This document shows positions 50,301-61,700 of a stretch of DNA of 64,000 nucleotides, in pieces. Position numbers and translations under genes: made by a program. The stretch's first letter is position 1. Each line of letters begins with the position of its first letter. The DNA is taken from contig JAPDFW010000063.1 of assembly GCA_028826165.1 (NCBI GenBank), forward strand, positions 558,001 through 622,000, in the 5' to 3' direction. The notes beneath the pieces are model-generated. The model made no database searches and was not told where the DNA came from. It worked only from the letters and a program-made list of their open reading frames with translations. Source of the DNA: Anaeramoeba ignava BMAN (Eukaryota > Protista > Anaeramoebae).

Positions 50301-53208
50301 TCCATCTTCTGAAATTGAAACTGAAGATCCAAAATTTGAAGAATCAACTGAAAGAACTTTTTCTTCATTCCAATTATTTCCAGATCTTCTGTAAATAACA
50401 ACTGTATTTGATTCCATTGCAGCAACAACAACAACATTCCCATCATTTGAAATTGCAACATCATTCCCAAATCCATCCAAAGTTGATGTAATATCAGAAA
50501 TAGATGTAAATCCAGTTACAGAAGCAGAAAGAAGATATACTTTTTTAACTGAAAAACAAGAAGCAACAACAATAGAAGGATTTTCCGAAATATCAACTGC
50601 CCATCCTAAACCTTCTCCTGATACTCCAGTATAATAAAAGAAATTTGAATATGTAAGACCATAGATGACATTATATTCTGAGTCTCCAATTAAAAACATT
50701 TTCAAAGATGCTGAAGTTGCAACACTCCATCCCACGGGAGGAGGATCAGCCATCAATTCATTAATTGGAGGATCATATATAAATTCATCTGTTGGAGGAT
50801 AACCAATTACATACTGATTACCATCAAAATAATAACCCATGCTGCCGCCATTAGAAGCAGGAGCTCCAACCTCAAGCATAATTGAATCTTCAGAAACTGA
50901 AACATCCCAACCAAAACTTGAATAAGTAGGTCGAGTTATATTTTGAAAAGAATTCCAATTTCCATCTTCAAGTTGATAAACCAATACTTTTGTTTTACTT
51001 GGATCACCAATAACAGAAATATTTGGAGAAAGAGAAACACTAAATCCAAAAGTTGAAGAAGAATCAGGAGATGTAATAGTTTGTGCTAATTCCCAAGGAG
51101 GAGGGATATATGTTCTATTAAAATAGGAAACTTCTCCTGATTGAGGAGCTGAAACAAGAAGAATATCTCCTGAAATTGAAACATCAGTTCCAAAACTAGT
51201 TGCACCTGAAAGTACTTTTTCTTCATTCCAATCTGATTCAGAATAACTATAGATATATACTTCATCTGTTAAATTAGCTCCAACAACAATTATATTCCCA
51301 TCTTCTGAAATTGAAACTGAAGAACCAAAATTTGAAGAATCAACTGAAAAAACTTTTTCTTCATTCCAATTATTTCCAGATCTTCTGTAAATAACAACTG
51401 TATTTGATTCCATTGCAGCAACAACAACAACATTCCCATCATTTGAAATTGCAACATCATTCCCAAATCCATCCAAAGTTGATGTAATATCAGAAATATA
51501 TGTAAATCCAGTTGAACGAGAAACTGAGTAAATATATACTTTTTTAACTGAAAGACAAGAAGCAACAGCAACAAAAGGATTTTCCGAAATATCAACTGCC
51601 CATCCTAAACCTTCTCCTGATACTCCATATAAATCAAAACCTTCATATTGTCCAAATACTATACGTATGAAATTGGAATCAGATGCTCCCAAAAACTGAG
51701 TTTTCACATAAGTTGAAATAGCCATATTTGATCCAAATGTAAAAGCTCCTTTTAATCCCTCTGATATAATTTCTGAATCAGAATCTTCTTCAGGGAGCCA
51801 ACCATATACATAATTATTGCCATCATAATAATAAGGAAAAAAGCATGCGTTATCTGGAGATCCAGTAGCTGTAGTCAATCCATCTTGAGAAACTGCAACA
51901 CTCCAACCATAACTTGAATAACCAGATTGAGTTAAAGTTTGAAAAGAATTCCAATTTCCATCTTCAAGTTGATAAATCAATACTTTTGTTTTGACTTGGA
52001 TCACCAATAACAGAAATATTTGGAGAAAGAGAAACACTAAATCCAAAAGTTGAAGAAGAATCAGGAGATGTAATAGTTTGTTTTAAACCCCAAGGAGTAG
52101 GAGGAATATATGTTCTATTAAAATAGGAAACTTCTCCTGATTGAGGAGCTGAAACAAGAAGAATATCTCCTGAAATTGAAACATCAGTTCCAAAACTAGT
52201 TGCACCTGAAAGTACTTTTTCTTCATTCCAATCTGATCCAGAATAACTATAGATATATACTTCATCTGTTAAATTAGCTCCAACAACAATTATATTCCCA
52301 TCTTCTGAAATTGAAACTGAAGATCCAAAATTTGAAGAATCAACTGAAAGAACTTTTTCTTCATTCCAATTATTTCCAGATCTTCTGTAAATAACAACTG
52401 TATTTGATTCCATTGCAGCAACAACAACAACATTCCCATCATTTGAAATTGCAACATCATTCCCAAATCCATCCAAAGTTGATGTAATATCAGAAATATA
52501 TGTAAATCCAGTTGAGCGAGAAACTGAGTAAATATATACTTTTTTAACTGAAAGACAAGAAGCAACAGCAACAAAAGGATTTTCCGAAATATCAACTGCC
52601 CATCCTAAACCTTCTCCTGATACTCCATTTAAATCAAAACCTTCATATGGTCCAAATACTATACGTATGAAATTGGAATCAGATGCTCCCAAAAACTGAG
52701 TTTTCACATAAGTTGAAATAGCCATATTTGATCCAAATGTAAAAGCTCCTTTTAATCCCTCTGATATAATTTCTGGATCAGAATCTTCTTCAGGGAGCCA
52801 ACCATATACATAATTACTGCCATCATAATAATAAGGAAAAAAGCATGCGTTATCTGGAGATCCAGTAGCTGTAGTCAATCCATCTTGAGAAACTGCAACA
52901 CTCCAACCATAACTTGAATAACCAGATTCTATTAAAGTTTGAAAAGAATTCCAATTTCCATCTTCAAGTTGATAAACCAATACTTTTGCTTTACTTGGAT
53001 CACCAATAACAGAAATATTTGGAGAAAGAGAAACACTAAATCCAAAAGTTGTAGAAGAATCAGGAGATGTAATAGTTTGTTTTAAACCCCAAGGATAAGA
53101 ATCTTTCAAGACATTTGATGATGATGAATAAGCTTGATGAGTTTGAGTTAATCCAAATAAGAAGAGAATCAAAACAAAAATGAATAAGAACTGTTTTGAA
53201 TTTGCCAT
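47379..53208 (-). CDS. Large type I membrane protein: three FG-GAP-like beta-propeller modules, FN3-like stalk with three 185-aa repeats, TM helix; +1 frame break at 51993
   Basis: Signal peptide at 53208. FGxxVxIS..VVGA blades; ~1-kb propeller duplicates (anchors 50485, 51481, 52481) and 555-bp stalk duplicates (47821, 48376, 48931). An extra base at 51993 relative to the sister repeats splits the ORF. TM: VVIPAVLVPIIVIAIIIVVIIWL. Confidence 0.85.
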
Positions 53209-53909
53209 TCTTTTGTTTTTTAAAACTATTTAAAAATAAAACAAAAATAATTAGTTAATTGAATAATTAATTTTGTTTTTTCAATCCATTAAAAAAAGAA
53301 AATGATCAAATTGAGTTCTTAATTATTTAATTGAATTCAATTCAAAAGAAGAGAAACAAAAATAAAAAAACAAAACAAAAGAAAAGATTTACATTTTAAA
53401 ATGAAAAGAGAGAAATGAATTGAAAAAAAATTTTTGTTTCTTTTATTCCTTTTTAGATTTAATAAAATAGATTTGCCCAAATGAATTAAAATAAATTTAA
53501 TTAAAACTGATCTTTCTTTTTAATTTAGAAAAGAAACCAAAACAAAGCAAGTTCCTTTTCAATTCTTTTGAATTCAAAAACAAGTTAAAAAAATTTTTTT
53601 TTCTTTTCATTTAGTGAATTTTGCTTTTCCTTTTCTTTCTAAAAATTAACTATAATTCGTCTTTCCTTTTCTTTCTAAAAATTAACTAAAACAATCCAAT
53701 CGTTATTTTAAAAAAAATTTTTTTTTCAAATTAAAATTTCAATAATTCTTTCAAATTCTCTTTTGAATGAATCAAAAATTCTTTTTCTTTTTTTTTTTTA
53801 ATAAATCTATTTTTTCTAATCCAATTCGAAAAAAATTACTTTTTTTAATTCTTTCTCTCTTTTTTTTTCAAATCTTTTTAATCCCCCAAATAAATTGAAT
53901 TAATGAAAA

Positions 53910-56900
53910 AATCAAAATTTTTGAATTAAAAAGTATTAATTTAATAATAAATTTATTAATAAAATATAATTTTAAATTTAATTCTAAATTAAATAATAAA
54001 TCAAAACTATTTTAAAAAATTAAAATAAAAAAAATGGAATAAAATTAAATAAAGAAATATTTAATAATTAAAATTAAATAAAATAGAATTAAAAAATATT
54101 AATTTAATAATAAAAATATTAATAAATTATAATTTTAAATTTAATTCTAAATTAAATAATAAATTAAAATTATTTTAAAAAATTAAAATAAAAAAAGTGG
54201 AATAAAATTAAATAAAGAAATATTTAATAATTAAAATTAAATAAAATAGAATTAAAAATATAAATTTAATAATAAATTTATTAATAAATTATAATTTTAA
54301 ATTTAATTCTAAATTAAATAATAAATCAAAATTATTTTAAAAATTAAAATTTAAAAATGGAATAAAATTAAATAAAGAAATATTTAATAATTAAAATTAA
54401 ATAAAATTGAATTAAAAATTATTTTAAAAAATGGAATAAATAAAAAATTGAATAAAATTAAATAAAAGAAATTTAATAATAAAATTAAATAAAATAGAAT
54501 TATAATTTTAAATTTAATAATAAATTTATTAATAAAATATAATTTTAAAATTATTTTAAAAATTAAATTAAAAATTTTAAAAATTAAAATAATAAAAAGT
54601 GGAATAAAATTAAATAAAAGAAATATTTAATAATTAAAATTAAATAAAATAGAATTAAAAATATAAATTTAATAATAAAAAATATTAATAAATTATAATT
54701 TTAAATTTAATTCTAAATTAAATATTAAATTAAAAATTATTTTAAAAATTAAAATAAAAAGTGGAATAAAATTAAATAAAAATATTTAATAATTAAAATT
54801 AAATAAAATTGAATTTAAAAAGTATTAATTTGATAATAAATTTATTAATAAAATATAATTTTAAATTTAATTCTAAATTAAATATTAAATCAAAACTATT
54901 TTAAAAATTAAAATAAAAAAAGTGGAATAAAATTAAATAAAAGAAATATTTAATAATTAAAATTAAATAAAATTGAATTTAAAAGTATAAATTTAATAAT
55001 AAATTTATTAATAAAATATAATTTTAAATTTAATATTTAATTTAGAATTAAATTTAAAATTATTTTAAAAAATTAAAATAAAAAAAGTGGAATAAAATTA
55101 AATAAAGAAATATTTAATAATTAAAATTAAATAAAATAGAATTAAAAAGTATAAATTTAATAATAAATTTATTAATAAAATATAATTTTAAATTTAATTT
55201 AAATTAAATATTAAATTAAAAATTATTTTAAAAATTAAAATAAAAAAAGTGGAATAAAATTAAATAAAAGAAATATTTAATAATTAAAATTAAATAAAAT
55301 AGAATTAAAAATATAAATTTAATAATAAATTTATTAATAAAATATAATTTTTAAATTTAATTCTAAATTAAATATTAAATTAAAAATTATTTTAAAAATT
55401 AAAATAAAAAGTGGAATAAAATTAAATAAAGAAATAATTAATAATTAAAATTAAATAAAATTGAATTGAAAATTATTATTTTAATAATAAAATATTAATA
55501 AAATATAATTTTAAATTTAATTCTAAATTAAATATTAAATTAAAATTATTTTAAAAATTATTTTAAAAATGGAATAAAAAAAAAAATAAAAATAAATATT
55601 TAATAATTAAAATTAAATAAAATTGAATTAAAAATTATTTTAAAAATGGAATAAAAATAATAAAAAGTGGAATAAAATTAAATAAAGAAATAATTAATAA
55701 TTAAAATTAAATAAAATAATTGAAAAAATAAATTTAATAATAAATTTATTAATAAAATATAATTTTAAATTTAATTCTAAATTAAATATTAAATTAAAAA
55801 TTATTTTAAAAATGGAATAAAAAAAGTGGAATAAAATTAAATAAAAGAAATATTTAATAATTAAAATTAAATAAAATAGAATTAAAAATTATTATTTTAA
55901 TAATAAATTTATTAATAAATTATAATTTTAAATTTAATTCTAAATTAAATATTAAATTAAAATTATTTTAAAAAAATGGAATAAAAATAATAAAAAAAAG
56001 TGGAATAAAATTAAATAAAGAAATATTTAATAATTAAAATTAAATAAAATAGAATTAAAAAGTATTAATTTAATAATAAAATTTATTAATAAAATATAAT
56101 TTTAAATTTAATTCTAAATTAAATATTAAATTAAAAATTATTTTAAAAAAATGGAATAAAAAAAAGTGGAATAAAATTAAATAAAGAAATATTTAATAAT
56201 TAAAATTAAATAAAATTGAATTAAAAATTATTATTTTAATAATAAATTTATTAATAAATTATAATTTTAAATTTAATTCTAAATTAAATATTAAATTAAA
56301 ATTATTTTAAAAAAATGGAATAAAAAGTGGAATAAAATTAAATAAAAATATTTAATAATTAAAATTAAATAAAATAGAATTAAAAAGTATTAATTTAATA
56401 ATAAATTTATTAATAAATTATAATTTTAAATTTAATTCTAAATTAAATATTAAATTAAAATTATTTTAAAAATGGAATAAAAATAAAAAAAAGTGGAATA
56501 AAAATTAAATAAAGAAATATTTAATAATTAAAATTAAATAAAATTGAATTAAAAAATATAAATTTAATAATAAATTTATTAATAAAATTATAATTTTAAA
56601 TTTAATTCTAAATTAAATATTAAATTAAAAATTATTTTAAAAATTAAAATAAAAAAAAGTGGAATAAAATTGAATAAAAGAAATATTTAATAATTAAAAT
56701 TAAATAAAATTGAATTAAAAATTATTAATTTAATAATAAATTTATTAATAAATTATAATTTCAAAATTTAATTCTAAATTAAATAATAAATTAAAAACTA
56801 TTTTAAAAATTAAAATAAAAAAAAGTGGAATAAAATTAAATAAAAGAAATATTTAATAATTAAAATTAAATAAAATTGAATTAAAAAGTATAAATTTAAT

Positions 56901-57480
56901 AATAAATTTATTAATAAAATATAATTCTAAATTTAATTCTAAATTAAATATTAAATTAAAACTATTTTAAAAATGGAATAAAAAAAATAAAAAGTGGAAT
57001 AAAATTAAATAAAGAAATATTTAATAATTAAAATTAAATAAAATTGAATTAAAAAGTATAAATTTAATAATAAATTTATTAATAAAATATAATTTTAAAT
57101 TTAATTCTAAATTAAATATTAAATTAAAAATTATTTTAAAAATTAAAAATAAAAAATAAAAAAAAGTGGAATAAAATTAAATAAAGAAATATTTAATAAA
57201 TTAAAATTAAATAAAATTTGAATTAAAAAGTATAAATTTAATAATAAATTTATTAATAAAATATAATTTTAAATTTAATTTTAAATTAAATAATAAATTT
57301 AAAATTATTTTAATAAAAATTAAAATAAAAAAAAGTGGAATAAAATTAAATAAAGAAATATTTAATAATTAAAATTAAATAAAATTGAATTAAAAATTAT
57401 AAATTTAATAATAAAAATATTAATAAATTATAATTTTAAATTTAATTCTAAATTAAATATTAAATTAAAAATTATTTTAA
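53910..57480. repeat. Tandem satellite, ~162-170-bp unit, ~21 copies, extremely A/T-rich
   Basis: Anchor GTGGAATAAAATTAAATAAAG at 54197, 54599, 54761, 54922, 55087, 55249, 55411, 55667, 55826, 56000, 56166, 56327, 56493, 56659, 56825, 56994, 57166, 57335. Confidence 0.95.
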
Positions 57481-57581
57481 TAAAGGAAAAGAAGATTTTT
57501 AACGATTTTTTTTTTTAAATTATTTTTTTTTTAACGATTTTTTTTTTCATTTTTTTTTTTTTCTTTTCAATTTAAAATAAA

Positions 57582-58626
57582 ATGGTTTTTATTTATATTA
57601 TTTTTTTAATTTTAATTCTAAAAACAAAATTAAAATTATTTCTTTTAATTTATTAATAAAAAATAAAATAAAAAGTCAAATGAAAATATTTCACCAATGG
57701 TTTTAAAAAGAGTTATGAAAGAATTAGCAGAATTAAATAAAACACCATTAGATGGAATTAAAATAATTTTTGAAGAAGATAATATTTCAGAAATTCATGC
57801 AATAATTCAAGGACCTGGTAATTTATATTTTATAATAATAATAATAATAATATTTAATAAATTTTTAAAAGAATTTATTTTTATTTAAAAAAAAAACAAC
57901 AAAATAATTTAGAAAAAACTCCATATGAAGGTGGAAATTTTACAATGAAACTTGTTCTTTCAAGTGATTTTCCTCATTCAGCACCAAAAGGTAAAATAAA
58001 TTTAAAATTAAAATTAAAATTAAAATTAAAATTAAAATTCAAAATCAAAAACAAAATCAAAATTAAAATTAAAATTAAAAATTAAAATTAAAATTAAAAT
58101 TAAAATTAAAATTAAAATTAAAATTAAAATTAAAAATTAAAATTAAAATTAAAATTAAAATTAAAATTAAAATTAAAATTAAAATTAAAATTAAAATTAA
58201 AATTAAAATTAAAATTAAAATTCATTTATAAAATTAAAATTAAAAGGATATTTTATTACAAAAATATTTCATCCAAATGTTTCAAAAACTGGAGAAATTT
58301 GTGTAAATACAATTAAAAGAGATTGGTCACCAAATTTAGGAATTAAACATATATTTTTAGTAATTAAATGCTTACTTATTAATCCAAATCCAGAATCAGC
58401 TTTAAATGAAGAAGCAGGAAAATTAATACTTGAAAATTATGAAGAATTTTCAAAATATGCAAAATTAATGACTCAAATTCATGCTATTAAAAAAACTGAT
58501 TCAAATATTCAAACAAATTCAAAAACAAATTCAAAATCAAAATCAAAATCAAAATCAAATCAAATAAAAAAAAACAAATCAAAAAACAAATAAAAAATAA
58601 AAAAAAGAAATTTGAAAAGATTGTAA
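57582..58626 (+). CDS. UBE2S: Ubiquitin-conjugating enzyme E2 S (APC/C K11 chain E2); in-frame TAA at 58591 precedes the conserved LKRL end
   Basis: Exons 57582-57584 (ATG only), 57676-57817, 57913-57990, 58247-58593/58626. M|SNENISP, QGP|[46 protein letters not shown]. Confidence 0.92.
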
Positions 58627-58768
58627 AAGCAAAAAAATTTAAGAATTTCAAATTAAAAGCAAAAAATTAAAAACAAAAAAATGGATTTATTTTGTTTTTA
58701 AAAAAAATAAAAAAATTTATCAAAATCATTTTTTCATTTTTTTTTTATTATTTCAATTTTATTTCAAA

Positions 58769-61700
58769 ATGTCTTCAGGTTTATTATTATTTTAAATTTT
58801 ATTTTTAAATTTAAATTTTAATTTTTGTTTTTATTTTTAATAATAATAATAAGATGATGATTTACTTGAACTTTCTGATTCAGAAGATGACAGAAGAAAT
58901 CAAAATGAAAATGATAATGATAAAAATTCAAATGAATTAAAACCAATTGATAATCAAGAACAAATTGAAAAAGATGGAGAAAATAAAAAAGAAAAACAAA
59001 ATGAAGGAGAAATTCCACAAGAAAAAAAAGGTTCAGAAGAAGTACCTTCTTTAAAAGAGGGAGATATTCCAAGAAAATTTAAAATTATAATCAAAGATAT
59101 TCATGTAAAAATTAAATTAAAAAATAAAAATAAATTTTTATTATATTTAATAATAATAATAAAAATAATAAAGGTTATGAATTGTTCTATTGAAAAACCT
59201 TGTATTAGATTTACTGTTGGTGGTAATTTTAAAACTGTTGATAATAGACATTTAGGTGGAAAAATTGAAACTGTTGGAAAAAAAGGAAAACAATTTACCA
59301 CTGGAGTTCTTAATGATTTTTCTACTGGTGGAAATGGAAGATTTTCTAATAAATTTACTGGAACAAAAAAATTTAAATTATCCGATCTTGATACACAATT
59401 TTTAACAGTTGAAGTAAATATGAAAAAATATGAAATATAAAAAAATATGAAATATAAAAAAATATAAATGAAATTGTTATAAAAATATTTATGAAATTGT
59501 TATAAAAATATTAATGAAATTGTTATAAAAAATATTAATGAAATTGTTATAAAAATATGAAATTTAGAAATTTAAAAAAATATTAATGAAATTGTTATAA
59601 AAAATATAAATGAAATTGTTATAAAAATATGAAATATGAAATATATAAAAAATATTAATGAAATTGTCCAAAAACATGAAATTTAAAAATTTATAAAAAA
59701 ATATTAATTAAATTGTCCAAAAATATTTATTAAATTATATATAAAAATATTAATGAAATTGTTATAAAAATATTTATTAAAATTGTTATAAAAATATAAA
59801 TGAAATTGTTAAAAAAATATTTATTAAAAATTGTTATAAAAAATATTTATTAAATTGTTTTAAAAATTGTTAAAAATTGTTTTATAAAAAAGCTTTTACA
59901 AAAAAGTTGTATGGGAGCAAAAAAAATTCAACAAGGAGAAGTTAAAATATTACTTACAGAATTAGCAAATGGAAGTATTAAACAAACAGTAACAACAGAA
60001 ATTCATAAAGGAGGAGGATTAAAATCAAATTTAATGGGAAAACATCAAAAAACAGCAGAAATATCATTTCTTTTTTATTTCCAAGAAATTTTTACATTTA
60101 ATATGCATTTTCATTCTTGGTCTGCAAAAAATTTAATTGCACCTGAAAATAAAGAAACAGCTGATCCTTTTATTGAATTACAAATTGGTTCTTCTTTTAA
60201 TCCTTTTTCTTCTAGTTCTAAATGCAAATCTATTACTGTTATGAATAATTTAAATCCTTTTTGGGAAAATGTTGGTCATATTAAATATACAGGAATTAGA
60301 AGTGATTTAGAAAATGAAGATTTAACTGCTAAAGTTTATGATTGGAAGTAAATTAAATTAATTTAAATTTAATTTCATTTCATGTTAAAAAAAATTTCAT
60401 GTTAAAAAAAATTTTTTTCTTTTTTTAAATAGTCAAATCAAAACTTCGGATTTAATTGGAGAATGTGAAATTGATCTTAGAGGTTTTCTTGATTATGGTG
60501 TATTACAATCACCAATAAGTATAACAAAACAAGATTCAAACAAAATCAAATCAACAAGTCAAGTAGGATATATTGAAGGATTAGTAGAAATTGAAGAATT
60601 CCCATTTTGCACTCAATATGGAGATGTTATTAGATTAAAACCAGGAAAACAATATCTTGGTCTTGAAATTGTCAGAGCTCGTAATTTAAGAGCTACAGAT
60701 GCAAATGGACTAACTGATGGATATTGTATTGTTGAATGGAATGGTTGCAAACAAAGAACTAAAGTTGTTAAAAGATGTCTTGATCCTGTTTTTGATGAAG
60801 TTTTGTATTTTTCAGTTAGAGTTCCTGTTTTAAATGAAGTGAATGTTGCTAAAACTGGGAATATTAAGATTTTAATGTTTGATGAAGATGCTGCTGGTGA
60901 TGATTTTTTGGGGTTTGCTGTTGTTTCTCTTAGTGAAATTATGAAAGGTGCTCATCAAAATTATGAAGTTGATATTGATGTTAAAGGTATTTTTTAATTT
61001 TTAAATTCAAAATAAATTTTATAAAAATAAAAATTATTAAAATTATAAAAATAGATAAAAATGAACAAAGTTTAAAACAATTCTCATCGAGAATGTTTAA
61101 CAGAAGTACTAAATTAATTTATAATGGTGAAGAAACTGATCAAGAACTTGAACTTAGAGCTTGGTTTCATCCAGATCTTCCATCTGAGTTTAAACTAGAA
61201 AATACTGAAAATTTCCAATTAAAAAAACCAATTGAACCTGAATATATTGAAAGAGAAAAACAATGGAAGAAAAAAATACCTCAAGAACATTTAGAAAAAG
61301 GAGATTTCTTAATTTTAGGTGCTGATGAAAATTATTCTGAACATTTTATTCCTGCTTACATGACACCTCTTACTTTACCTTCAAACTTAAGAGAAAGAAG
61401 AGAAATTACGAGAATGATTAAATGTATTACTTTTGAAAATGATGAAACAACTTTTGGAGGAAGGTAAATTAAAATTTAAAATTAAAAAATCAAAATTAAA
61501 AATAATAAAATTTTTTCCAAAAACATGAAAATTAATAAATGAAAATTAATAAATCAAAATAATAAATCAAAATTAATAAATCAAAATTAATAAATTAAAA
61601 TTAATAAATCAAAATTAATAAATCAAAATTAATAAATCAAAATTAATAAATCAAAATTAATAAATTAAAATTAATAAATCAAAATTAATAAATCAAAATT

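Noticed and set aside
58591-58593. TAA/TAG reassigned to Gln as in some metamonads and ciliates
   Set aside because: TAA and TAG end many genes at the expected C-terminus (cullin-4 YNYLA*, LIS1, cyclin Y), and long exons have no in-frame TAR.
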